Source: an uncultured virus (IMG/VR IMGVR_UViG_3300030107_003727)
Lineage: Duplodnaviria; Heunggongvirae; Uroviricota; Caudoviricetes
DNA: 64,000 nt
IMG/VR virus record: IMGVR_UViG_3300030107_003727
Strand: one strand, 5' to 3'
In this document: positions 10,501 through 17,120 of the stretch, one piece after another
Layout of the letters: every line of letters starts with the position of its first letter
Numbering within the stretch: position 1 is the stretch's first letter
Made by a program: the position numbers and the translations under genes
The notes under the pieces: model-generated
Told to the model about the DNA's origin: nothing
Database searches by the model: none
Seen by the model: only the letters and a program-made list of their open reading frames with translations

Positions 10501-12276
10501 TTGCGCGCAAACTCTGCAATCAAGTGGGGCAAGACTGTCGGTTCCCCAATGACTCACGCACGAAACATGGTTGGCAACGTGTTCTTTGCTTTGGCAAACG
10601 GACAGTTGTTCAGCCCCACTCGTGGCGCAGAAAGTGTTGCGGAAACAGTCAAGGTTATGCCGGGCTTGGCTACATTCTTGGCTGCCCTGCAAGGTAAGAG
10701 CAAAGAAGAAATCGCACAGGCACGCGAAGAAGCGGAGCGTGAATACTTGCGACTGGTTGAACTTGGGGTTGTTCAGTCAGGCAATATCAATGAAGTTTTA
10801 GACCTGTTGCAAAAAGCACAAGCAGATGGGTTGACGGCAGACCAGTTGTTGGACGACTTGATTACTAAGGGTGGTGCAGCCGCAGTTGCTGGCAAGGTTG
10901 CAAAAACAGCCCTTGAAGGCGCAAAACACATGAACCGCTTGTATATGGCGGAAGATGATGTCTGGAAAGTTTTTGCGTATGCGTACGAAAAGTCGAGATA
11001 CGAAAAGGCGTACGCGGATGCTGGTCAGCCAATTCCAGCAGACTTGGATGAAATTATTGCGCGAATCGTTCGTGACACCTATCCGAACTACGACATGGTT
11101 CCCAGATTTATCCGGCGCTTGCGTCAGTTCCCGTTTGCAGGAACCTTTGTCTCGTTCCCATCAGAGGTAATTAGAACTGCGATCAACCGGGCAATTATTA
11201 CTCAGCGAGAACTTCGTGATCCTGCTTTGCGCAACATCGGGGTGTCGCGTCTTGCTGGTCAGTTCTCTGCGTATGTGCTGGTTCAAACCGTTGCCAACGC
11301 ACTCTCGGCACTCTGGGGCTTCGACGAAGAAGAAATGGAAGCGTTGCGGTCACTGGTTGCTCCTTGGTCACAAAACTCGCCACTCATTGCAATGCGTGAT
11401 TCTGATGGATCAATCAAATACATTGACCTTGGATACACTGATCCGCACTCAATGTTCTTGAAGCCTTTGATTGCGCTTGCTCGTGGCGGAGATGTGCAGA
11501 CGGCAATCTTTGGTAATGAGGCGCTTGGTCAACGAGGTGCGCTGCACGAAATCATGGAGCCGTTCTTCGGTGAAGAGATTTTGTTTGGATCTTTGATTGA
11601 GGCTTATCGCAACCGTACGGATACAGGGCGGCCCATTTACTCTGCTGGCGATCAGATGTTTACCAAGTGGGGCAAAGTTGCTGAACACCTTGGCGGTGAT
11701 CTTGCGCCGGGGTTCTACAAACAGTTGCTTGAGGTTCCGTACAAATCAATGCGCGGCATCACTGATGATTTTGGTCGGGTGTTTGATCTGCCCACCCACA
11801 TGATCTCGGTTGCAACCGGGTTTAAGCGAGAGCCGATTGATATTAAACAGGCGTTTTCTTTCAAGACTCGTACGTTTGCTCGCGCAGAAAACGAGTTGCG
11901 TGGCGAACTGTCCAAACTGGTTGGTCGGGCTGGAACTGTTAGCGAAGCAGAAATTTCAACGGACTACGCCCGAATCAACACTGCGCGCGAACAGTTGCAC
12001 TTTGCGTTTAATCACCGTGTTCAACTGATGCGTCGCCTCGGTGTGTCTGACCAAGAAATTTTCAACATCTTGTATGAAGGTGGGCTTGCGCGCAAACACA
12101 TCCCCGGCATGCTCAGTGGTGAATACCAACCATTGAATCTTGATACCAAATACCTTCGCCGATACATGACGCGAGCGGCAGCAGCAAACCCAGACGCTCC
12201 GATTCTGCGCCAAGGGGAAATGCGAGAACGCATCCGTGCGCTGCGTCAAGCCGAAGCCGAAGCCCGTAATAAATGA
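1549..12276 (+). CDS. Giant polyvalent/ejection protein (3575 aa) with zincin metallopeptidase-like and ADP-ribosyltransferase-like domains
   Basis: HELIH (HExxH) at 4354-4368; ART-PolyVal-like motifs LFHGS..F..F, IFMTD..VA.NY, MKNPF, GYDGVII, IAF..KQVKS, NSGMYD at ~8400-9530; helical C-terminal region conserved with copy B. Confidence 0.8.
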   Translation: MAKQEDFREAPEEEPEFAPQPPAQPAQPAQPQPHNPEMVDAYTAADQPYDFSGTADALQQQQQKRIELQNQQVREMTEDPVGEDLRNEMFQRDLRQQSQNTIALQQERLQLEKTRNIKNLLDQHSAINFDLEITPEEAKRRRKDIDTQLRLERARKYTRESYVKRGDAYDPSRFEQVPMYDGDVLVGTARVDVEAYGHRPASIQKGEVEGAATEQKGQMIVFDQDRPPEGLFKTINENGDGERLAASALYYDDMRMLHTRDMSQWQKVLASLEYSAAAGLKFFVEGNQSIAQSLDRTLSWMAGAFTPEGVEAGSLFDIPEYFAANLVENRQMTADIDSLRQREQAIKGGWQIKSDFVNNAYYDDFGTQFGVAVGEGIAQAMQTIALSTILPGGGQAAAGATSLRQAIGRQLLNGPRGMFAAGTASLAYMGRFRAQYQNQGMSLRDAELNAVMDGGMMMTATMLSHALMGKANNWMMQSKAAQQAMFSLARHKVPNLVATGFTREAIQETLEEVMFAGMSAAADRMDWVGEREDGDFAPSARELLLALLAGGTIGGATGGTLDLFQVNKGIQVGLDARRKRGMVGSRAKGVDGQPLIKNEHGEAAKVTEENQAEYERLFEQDIYMAMVKDSLSPVGPKEKDGLVRMIWDQLVASSERLNGKKGLDVEIFGNPNQKVKRGKGRGQRKLDFASLDGALAHAVAGATGNPLVDSELEERGISALEGNSRKDWEKAGLGWMVKGLSRGERSQLIREARNSLGRLEMRNAYIDARAMEIMEEQGMRPDRSPKAMAKAEAQAREEADALSTIENPASFIGTKGDVDIDGLLRAAENPTLLRKADGAKRGPLSPSQQVLVDFVQQFAAKNPDFEVVAAPNSAAGSMQQALAAQGVAVVFVANSGQGQGFRDPKTGIVFIDVMNIAEGEATADAVAQQINGVIAHELIHTLQYEAGITYTELVQRLIEIDPEAMREGAAEYLRRKSMPRTQKALGEARERGELQGEVAGALVSENIPGRGEGPFTDQDLVVMLSQDPTLAREVVPYAIQLLVLRDSDSERSMERLVSAMTNGDQTVARKVYERMRKLYNAIKDGSDLGRAWKDAQAWDALITAMADFAAGRRGVEPTSVLEGDRTVAAPDQTEVRQIAAEQRTPTEEEEEDEFDPDDDPLLRALIEAAEKEDTASSPMLVPVGLMQQALPDKKSGLQTLSDLISAATTTLPPVVLSAQQGPINAQNMKAAALVGLESARQRVSALREYARELALGEVGFAEFSGAIEAHMEAASIVADMESLQRDDVSDPMRQAIADALTMEGAVAGQLVDALVDLGLETGSISQSEADAAIREAKAKGMFAAPTLVDRITAQGVIQQAMREVEADKTFKGHDFDPMDYSLSDIISPNVSGDYKANIVGTSPAAKLQRDNLRRKLGGLPVITEVALNGTDALGVYSNFAKNLPLGTSKGNLAQRQKIAKELAAWMRNHTDVVGNMAVTFPKSDHPLYSGLELEIDDIGTKNASPSFHLSFDTSRKLGSRAKKIKARLEKLHDIDPLFDTARYMSLDDLIAQETHQRRVDPKVSDSRQERTVDDQKSAVWDKMRKRIVNPGGKNPQTALDLLRQYLMVQSFANYGGLTSYADHRFPGVGGHAIAYSVTMAMSTMFFLSSPGEAGKAWRGGGIDSKRNLWYGAWFVNLAGAATLSTGKHYVGGGGSGSGMQLIESRRDVERAWDRLTFDNGESIFDPMHKTLINYAENQSDPVLRALAKEARLLQSNPVTNPSHPLHNIAIRIGDGPNALHGALKPNTPEYQAARQKQSDYYDKIRDNFTKLAREIKPITKKEFDDEIENITQSLANTLPHLEQNIRRSIEIKKELADKGYAEIDTRGVIYIVGSRKPQGRPPTSGPTGSLAEGLANLSGRTGDGLLYLQLLRLEGDISQTSKVVASQMDKLASLFNMMAVSPMGRDSNSIAALKQMKSVLTRTLQRGIYQSPSVAQEKAAVEAFLRSVDLVLELEGLAQQPRSDARDKRIISLFGRIGYVGLSITDKTGTRNFGPENFKQYATEFIRLIQRGDKPNYTKILSMTGFGIDAKKIGEEVGNVDEKLLNISPRSQPDPVRSRQVRTMQGADRQFRANYLNPARIAIAEDSTQTGASTPTGGRGLSIFGDRVLSGPMRRMDSQEYDPRIEDVSDFAAYILGEGASLSQQDLIEQFEFPVGKRKDEHKRYGGSEVTSFPVLVPPLPSGQAEMVHMGRDPLPATKVKKGKLRVEEPERDFALSDKILDQMVVDPDGQHKNLIRFLGDDNKALDEDGNIPLLFHGSQYAGFMSFDPESTMTYGMQNVSQDGMIFMTDDPNVARNYVGSGQAGVVRHERLQTSDNANSIFEQYRNEHHVVGFDTAGNPIFDMRTKRYRARMRPPNTQSVNERNPSAEKGIGMYPFRTFKVTESSTVLPATTLREAAAIIESLRQGQNLPGVEDSVFQPTTAAVAMTRGMSRSEIMARYGDQIQTVYGFAEGKMSQREGFDSTGLSGDLDSVDVLATFDNEQDFVNYFNKNKKAVAPVEGGIYGLVVRMKNPFIIDGDGMPFSLTSFDLPQRKDKNLRKLYDEFDGETIRGVHNAEIAQAARSDGYDGVIIRNSLDAAKRDDNPLGNVASDIYIAFNNKQVKSPALNSGMYDVESPRIDEALLEPRQAIKILQREFLSRGELPRAVFEKKFTRDAEMKRASELARMRNAQLRKAINGQAKDKAARDALVGMVDTAIKSNDFSELKGEVRYAAMQMRHSIDDYTKKLLDTGAITGGLEVTLRSNMGFYVHRSYRVFDDPDWSKKVPRDVRNRMKAVLRTQFPRSEGESERDYENRIETHIERLLFVGQDSGSAIDAMTKGLGVDPSIFKKRKDFEPALMALWGEYKDPYINFTKTIEKIASFAANYKFMTEVHALGTTMLGRDDAALFYPVDHPDRPPSFQAQFPMDTVRYDGLAGMYTSPEFMDALKMMDDNDTVDQWWYRSYLRANSAIKWGKTVGSPMTHARNMVGNVFFALANGQLFSPTRGAESVAETVKVMPGLATFLAALQGKSKEEIAQAREEAEREYLRLVELGVVQSGNINEVLDLLQKAQADGLTADQLLDDLITKGGAAAVAGKVAKTALEGAKHMNRLYMAEDDVWKVFAYAYEKSRYEKAYADAGQPIPADLDEIIARIVRDTYPNYDMVPRFIRRLRQFPFAGTFVSFPSEVIRTAINRAIITQRELRDPALRNIGVSRLAGQFSAYVLVQTVANALSALWGFDEEEMEALRSLVAPWSQNSPLIAMRDSDGSIKYIDLGYTDPHSMFLKPLIALARGGDVQTAIFGNEALGQRGALHEIMEPFFGEEILFGSLIEAYRNRTDTGRPIYSAGDQMFTKWGKVAEHLGGDLAPGFYKQLLEVPYKSMRGITDDFGRVFDLPTHMISVATGFKREPIDIKQAFSFKTRTFARAENELRGELSKLVGRAGTVSEAEISTDYARINTAREQLHFAFNHRVQLMRRLGVSDQEIFNILYEGGLARKHIPGMLSGEYQPLNLDTKYLRRYMTRAAAANPDAPILRQGEMRERIRALRQAEAEARNK

Positions 12277-12279
12277 CAA

Positions 12280-12308
12280 CCGCCCCACCGTGCGAGATGG
12301 TGGGGCGG
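12280..12308. terminator. Intrinsic terminator-like hairpin between convergent units
   Basis: CCGCCCCACC/GGTGGGGCGG 10-bp stem just after the giant gene stop; U-rich tail (TTGTCATTTATT) on the minus strand. Confidence 0.7.
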
Positions 12309-12325
12309 AGGTCTAAGGGTGGACG

Positions 12326-12515
12326 GTGCGGGGAGGATTTGACCTATGACCTCCAAGGCTACTGTTTGCACTAGGGCTACTTCGCCTACTGTCACCACGG
12401 TCCTCAGCCAGTTGGCCCTACTCCCGTGGCTGACCTACCTTACGCCGTGCAGACGTTATTCAGTCACCGCTGGCAGGGTAATTACTCCTGCCGTTTAGTT
12501 GTCGCCCCTCCGCAC
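12326..12515 (-). ncRNA. Candidate structured ncRNA with pseudoknot (mostly copy A only)
   Basis: No credible ORF; pairings GTGCGGAGGGG/CCTCCCCGCAC, GGCAGG/CCTGCC, TGCAC/GTGCA, TCAGCCA/TGGCTGA and loop TAGGGC/GCCCTA; strand uncertain. Confidence 0.5.
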
Positions 12516-12577
12516 AAGCGGGCCTTATCGGGGCAAAAAGCCAAGGGTGAGGGTGGATTCACCCTTGGCCCGGAGGT
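12498..12577 (-). promoter_or_regulatory. Conserved double-hairpin element after the SSB-like gene (first hairpin terminator-like)
   Basis: Conserved at 56511-56590 with compensatory base changes; TTTTT follows the first hairpin on the minus strand. Confidence 0.65.
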
Positions 12578-12611
12578 TCACTCATGCCTAAGCAGAGTGG
12601 GGAGAAAAGCA

Positions 12612-12983
12612 TTAGAAGGGAACGTCACCATCGGTAGCAGCAGGGGGGGTTGCTGCGGCTGCTGGTTGCGCCCCTGAATCGGCTTGGGGTAGCCGACACC
12701 GAACGCAGGGCATGTTCCGTCCTTGGAACGAAGCAGTATCCTGATAAAGTTCGATTTGCTTTCCATGCCAAGCCTCAGTCTGAGCGCCGAGAGTAGCGCT
12801 CAACGTGTTGGCATTGGTTTTGTTGAGAACAAACATTTGTTGAGTTTCAGAGAAAGAAATTGCTGGCTTTTGAGTTCCATCCTGCATTTGTTCAATCGCC
12901 ACATTGGTGATTGTCAAACGCTGTGGCTGTGCCACGTCCGCCGCCTTAAAGAATTTGCCCGGAAAGGCTGAATTGATGTCCAT
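12612..12983 (-). CDS. Putative single-stranded DNA-binding protein
   Basis: 123 aa, flexible tail ending DGDVPF; follows exonuclease; homologue 56594-56971. Confidence 0.7.
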   Translation of the reverse strand: MDINSAFPGKFFKAADVAQPQRLTITNVAIEQMQDGTQKPAISFSETQQMFVLNKTNANTLSATLGAQTEAWHGKQIELYQDTASFQGRNMPCVRCRLPQADSGAQPAAAATPPAATDGDVPF

Positions 12984-12995
12984 TTTTAAGTCCCT

Positions 12996-13820
12996 TTACA
13001 CAGTTAGAGGTTCATGTTCGATAGCCCAATCGGGCAGAGATAGAGTCTCAGGTGCATCACTGTACCCCTGATACGTTCCAGATTGTACAGACTTGCTCCA
13101 ACTAATCAAGACTTTTTTGTAATTTTTTCTACCTTGTTCCAAAGCGGCCTTATCTAACAGGTAGACCCCAACTGCGTAGGGTGGCTGTTTTTCCACGGCG
13201 ATGATAGTGAATCCGCAGTTTCGGTTCTCTCCGTGCATCATGCCGTCTTGATAGAACGCGGCTTGGGTGTGGTAGCCAAATTTTGCAATGGACTTGGCGA
13301 AGTCTGGGCCTGCGTCCTGCGTGGTCTTGAGATCAACAATCATTGGCTTTTGTCGGCCCCGGCCCTCCAGAAGCAAGTCGATTCGACCTTTGCAGTTCAA
13401 GCCTGAATCCGGGTCTTCCCATGTCAGACTTTGTTCTACCTTGCCTTTGCGCCTGAGCAATGCGCTTGCGGCTGGATGGCTCCGAACCGCGTCTCGCATG
13501 AGCATTGCTGTCTCCCAATCTTCTTCTTTGCATATCACGCGATCCTCGTTGATTTGACAGAATTCTTCGTAGTCCGCTTTGCCTTTTTTGGTTCGACGGT
13601 CGAATTTAGGCATGATTGCGTACATGTCTTTGAAGTATTCCTCTTCAAGAACTACCGCATGAACCAACGATCCAAGGCTTAAAGCATCGCTGGTAAATTT
13701 GATTTCACCGTCAAGATATGCGCGCATGTGAGCCATGCTTTTCTGCCCATATTTGATAGCGCTTTGATTGATGTGAGGTAAAGACCTGTATTGATCTTCG
13801 TCAATATTTACTAATCCCAT
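12996..13820 (-). CDS. RecE/exonuclease VIII-like PD-(D/E)XK nuclease (DUF3799-like)
   Basis: GSLVHA, CKGRID, VDLKTT, YHTQAAFY, IAVEK motifs; start set at MGLVN by comparison with copy B (both 825 nt). Confidence 0.88.
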   Translation of the reverse strand: MGLVNIDEDQYRSLPHINQSAIKYGQKSMAHMRAYLDGEIKFTSDALSLGSLVHAVVLEEEYFKDMYAIMPKFDRRTKKGKADYEEFCQINEDRVICKEEDWETAMLMRDAVRSHPAASALLRRKGKVEQSLTWEDPDSGLNCKGRIDLLLEGRGRQKPMIVDLKTTQDAGPDFAKSIAKFGYHTQAAFYQDGMMHGENRNCGFTIIAVEKQPPYAVGVYLLDKAALEQGRKNYKKVLISWSKSVQSGTYQGYSDAPETLSLPDWAIEHEPLTV

Positions 13821-13853
13821 GATGTTTCTCCATTCCAAACTGGGGTTGAAGGG

Positions 13854-13883
13854 GTTGTACATAAAATCAGTGTGGCCTGTCAA
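13854..13883 (-). promoter_or_regulatory. Sigma70-like promoter for exonuclease-SSB operon
   Basis: TTGACA-N18-TACAAC; identical boxes and spacing at 57840-57869. Confidence 0.65.
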
Positions 13884-13903
13884 GAGAAAATCCACAAAAT
13901 TAT

Positions 13904-13932
13904 TGGACAAGTTAAAAAATAGATGATACGTT
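13904..13932 (+). promoter_or_regulatory. Sigma70-like promoter for replication operon, probably leaderless
   Basis: TGGACA-N17-TACGTT-N6-ATG; copy B has TTGACA-N17-TACACT-N6-ATG. Confidence 0.6.
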
Positions 13933-13938
13933 CCCGGC

Positions 13939-14223
13939 ATGGATGACCCAATGGACGTAGCCGGACGCATCCGTGAGATCAGAGCCACCAACGCAAGGGT
14001 GGGCTTTCTTGCGGTAAAACTAGATACTCCGATGCTTGATAAGCGTGCGCTGATGACGCATGTGGAAGCGATAGACCAAATGTTGAAGATGGCATCCCCA
14101 GATATCAAATGCGGGTTCTGTGGCGGCGTTGGCTGTCGCGCCTGCAAAGACACGGGGTATCTCTCACACGAACAAGCAAAGATGCAGCCTGATGCTACGC
14201 GACTACCAAATACAAGCAGTTGA
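13939..14223 (+). CDS. Small zinc-finger protein
   Basis: CGFCGGVGCRACKDTG motif; homologue 57928-58197. Confidence 0.7.
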   Translation: MDDPMDVAGRIREIRATNARVGFLAVKLDTPMLDKRALMTHVEAIDQMLKMASPDIKCGFCGGVGCRACKDTGYLSHEQAKMQPDATRLPNTSS

Positions 14224-15916
14224 ATCAGCGCGCCAGTCCCTTGCAACCAACAGGTCGTGTCTTCTTGTGGCGGCGACGGGGGTGGGCAAGACCACAATCT
14301 TTTGCGAGATCATTGCAAAAGCCCTTGAAAAAGGGGGGAGAATCGTTGTGATGGCTCACCGGGATGAACTGATCCAGCAGGCCAGACGGCGCATCGAACA
14401 CCAGACGGGAGTGCGAGCAGATATCGAAAAGGCTGAGTCTTGGGCTGATGAAAATGCGCAAGTGATTGTTACGTCTGTTCAAACCATGAACGCCAAGTGG
14501 TTCCAGAAACGCAGGTGCGAGCGATTTGACCCCAACGATTTCAGCCTGCTCATTATTGATGAGGCGCACCATGCTTGCGCAAAATCGTATTTAAACGTCA
14601 TAGACCACTTTCAAACCAACGAAAAGTTGCGCCTGATTGGCGTTACTGCTACCCCTGACCGTGGAGATGAGGTTGGTTTGGGCAATGTTTTTGATGATGC
14701 ACCCTTTGTTTATGAGATGGGGGACGCAATTAGGGACGGCTGGCTTGTGCCAGTGCGCCAAAAATACGTCACGGTTGGCTCATTGGATTATTCCGAAATC
14801 CGCACACGGTTGGGCGACCTTTGTGGTGGTGATCTTGCAGAGGTCTTGGAGCAGGAAAAGAACATTCACGGGATGGTTTATCCCACAATCGAGATATTGA
14901 GGGGCAAGAGCGCAATCGTGTTTTGCGCCACCGTCCGGCAAGCAGAGATGGCCGCAGAGATATTCAATCGGCATGAGCCGGGGAGCGCAGCATGTGTGCA
15001 TGGAAAGACGGACCCGGACCAGAGGAAAGCAACGCTTGCCCGGTTTGCAACGGGAGAAATACGCTTTGTGACGAATGTTGGCGTGCTAACCGAGGGCTTC
15101 GACGCTCCAAGATGCGATGCCATCGTGATGATGACTGCGACCAAGGTGAGGGCGAAGTACGTCCAGTGCGTAGGAAGGGCAACCCGCCCTCTAGCCCCAC
15201 CTTCGCTGACGATGACCCCGAAGGAACGTCAGGAAGTTATCGAATCGAGTGACAAGCCTCACTGTTTGGTGATTGATTTTAAGGGTAATTCGGGTCGCCA
15301 CAAACTTATTGGCATGGCAGACGTTCTTGCAGGCGACGCGCTTCCTGAAGTGGTTGAGCGTGCGAAAGAGATCATTTCAGAGCAAGAAGATATGGACCCA
15401 GAGGAAGCGCTCCGCATGGCTGAGGCTGCTGAGGAGGCGATCAAACTCGCAGAAGAGGCTAGAAAAAGAGAGCGTTTGCATAAGGCGAAGATCAAACTCC
15501 GGTCACAGTTTAGTGCAAGGGATGTCAACCCGTTCGATAGGTTTGATATGACCCCAACGCATCCAACTGAAGCAAAAGAACTTCCGACAGAAAAGCAGCA
15601 AATTTTGCTGATGAACAACGGAATTGACCCACAAGGATTGACGCGAAAGCAGGCGAGCAGATTGACTTGGGACATTATGATGCGCAGGAAGACTGGGCGG
15701 CCCAGTTTCAAGCAGGAAGCAATTCTTACCCGATATGGACTTAGCGCAACTACCTCGAAACAAGCCAAGGCTCTAATCGACGAAATTGCGGATTCTGGAT
15801 GGATGAACCCCGTTGCATTTGCTGGACGCAAATCTCAAACTGGTGTACTACCTAGCCAAACTCCAGAAAAGCCGGGGATTCTTCCGCCGATGGACGACGG
15901 ACGAACTGGTGAATGA
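14192..15916 (+). CDS. Superfamily 2 DEAH helicase
   Basis: LRDYQ, ATGVGKT, DEAHH, TATP, TEGFD, QCVGRATR; start by comparison with 58187. Confidence 0.92.
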   Translation: MLRDYQIQAVESARQSLATNRSCLLVAATGVGKTTIFCEIIAKALEKGGRIVVMAHRDELIQQARRRIEHQTGVRADIEKAESWADENAQVIVTSVQTMNAKWFQKRRCERFDPNDFSLLIIDEAHHACAKSYLNVIDHFQTNEKLRLIGVTATPDRGDEVGLGNVFDDAPFVYEMGDAIRDGWLVPVRQKYVTVGSLDYSEIRTRLGDLCGGDLAEVLEQEKNIHGMVYPTIEILRGKSAIVFCATVRQAEMAAEIFNRHEPGSAACVHGKTDPDQRKATLARFATGEIRFVTNVGVLTEGFDAPRCDAIVMMTATKVRAKYVQCVGRATRPLAPPSLTMTPKERQEVIESSDKPHCLVIDFKGNSGRHKLIGMADVLAGDALPEVVERAKEIISEQEDMDPEEALRMAEAAEEAIKLAEEARKRERLHKAKIKLRSQFSARDVNPFDRFDMTPTHPTEAKELPTEKQQILLMNNGIDPQGLTRKQASRLTWDIMMRRKTGRPSFKQEAILTRYGLSATTSKQAKALIDEIADSGWMNPVAFAGRKSQTGVLPSQTPEKPGILPPMDDGRTGE

Positions 15917-16127
15917 AATCTATTGCGTTGCAAAACCAGCAGTGGACAAGCGCTTCGACATATCGAAGGGCAGTTTATCTAGGTTCCTCACCATGATTAT
16001 TTTGCAAGACGTACAATACCGTTACAGACGCTCACATGGCGCAGTGCGCAGACGCATTGATGGCAAAAACGTGTGGGTCCAATTAGAAAAAGAAGGAAAC
16101 CCAGAGCAATGGCTAGACAATTCCTAA
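15813..16127 (+). CDS. Sigma-70 region 2-like small protein
   Basis: NLKLVYYLAK..DELVNE..AVDKRFDISKGSLSRF; conserved at 59808-60107; no region 4. Confidence 0.65.
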   Translation: MHLLDANLKLVYYLAKLQKSRGFFRRWTTDELVNEIYCVAKPAVDKRFDISKGSLSRFLTMIILQDVQYRYRRSHGAVRRRIDGKNVWVQLEKEGNPEQWLDNS

Positions 16128-16363
16128 CAACGGGTGAGATTGCAGAAGTTTGCGACATGTCACAACAAACCGTGATTCGTCAAATCGACAAAGGCTTTTT
16201 GCGCGGGTTTAAGATTCCCGGCAGCAGTCATCGTCGAGCAAGCGTGACCGCAGTTAGAGAGTGGATGCACAACGCAGGAATGGAGATGGGGAAATTAGAT
16301 GCAAAATACGGATTGGGTGAGAGTAAGCAGGACGAACAAGTGTCCGGTGTGCGGAAAGCCTGA
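16073..16363 (+). CDS. Excisionase-like (HTH_17) DNA-binding protein
   Basis: FLTTGEIAEVCDMSQQTVIRQIDKGFLRGFKIPGS; homologue 60068-60337. Confidence 0.85.
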   Translation: MGPIRKRRKPRAMARQFLTTGEIAEVCDMSQQTVIRQIDKGFLRGFKIPGSSHRRASVTAVREWMHNAGMEMGKLDAKYGLGESKQDEQVSGVRKA

Positions 16364-17120
16364 CTGGTGTTTGGTTGCAAGTGATGGGACCGCAGCAATA
16401 TGTCCGCGCACCCCATCAGAAAAACGGGTTGGCGACGCAGGGTGGCTGCACAAGTTTGAGGACTTGTGGAAACCCGTTACACCACCACCAACAGCAAAAC
16501 TAGAAATCCCCGACACTGCGCCAGCGGGCTGGTCGGAAGCGTGCAAAGTTTGTCACAAATCAATGAAGGAGTACCAGTGGGATTATTTAGCGAGCCAGAC
16601 TTTGTGTACAGTCGAATCCCTGCAAAGGTTGCGCGCAGGATGGTCGGTGAAGCGTGGTGCTTATACCTTTCCGATGCGGAACGGGAAGAAGCAAATTTGC
16701 GGCGTTCGGCTTCGGTATCCAAACGGAACCAAGTCATCTGCAAAAGGAAGCAGGAATGGATTATTTTTGGAAGTAGCGCAAGATTTCCGTGGCAGGGTAT
16801 TCATATCTGAAGGGCCAACGGACACTGCTTCCTTGATCCAGTGCGGTCTTTGCGCGGTTGGCAGGCCGTCATGCAACACGGGGTCAAAGATGCTTTTGGA
16901 TCTTCTGCCGTTTGGGACTCAAGTCATCATGGTTGCTGATCGTGATGAGGCAGGAATTAAAGGCGCAGAACAGGTTGCAACCAATCTCGTTAACCATGTT
17001 CGTGAGGTTAGAATCATTCAGCCCACTTGGGGCAACGATGCAAACGAATGGGTTGCAGATGGTGCATGCGCGCAACTCATCAACGCAGTAGCAGACAACG
17101 CGAGGGCATTCAGGAAATGA
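16299..17120 (+). CDS. DNA primase (Zn finger + TOPRIM)
   Basis: CPVCGKPDWC..CPR; EGPTD; ADRDEAG; DANEW. Confidence 0.85.
   Translation: MQNTDWVRVSRTNKCPVCGKPDWCLVASDGTAAICPRTPSEKRVGDAGWLHKFEDLWKPVTPPPTAKLEIPDTAPAGWSEACKVCHKSMKEYQWDYLASQTLCTVESLQRLRAGWSVKRGAYTFPMRNGKKQICGVRLRYPNGTKSSAKGSRNGLFLEVAQDFRGRVFISEGPTDTASLIQCGLCAVGRPSCNTGSKMLLDLLPFGTQVIMVADRDEAGIKGAEQVATNLVNHVREVRIIQPTWGNDANEWVADGACAQLINAVADNARAFRK

Noticed and set aside
1549..12276. Tape measure protein or virion RNA polymerase
   Set aside because: No tape-measure repeats or adjacent tail chaperones, and no polymerase motifs recognised
12318..12356. tRNA/tmRNA-like 3' end on the minus strand (GGTCAAATCC...CCA)
   Set aside because: No GTTC T-loop, acceptor stem or cloverleaf; treated as part of the candidate ncRNA
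13821..14297. N-terminal extension of the exonuclease ORF in the ORF track
   Set aside because: Overlaps promoters and plus-strand genes; not present in copy B
15813..16127. Programmed frameshift fusing helicase, sigma2 and HTH
   Set aside because: No conserved slippery sequence seen; each ORF has a positionally conserved start codon in both copies
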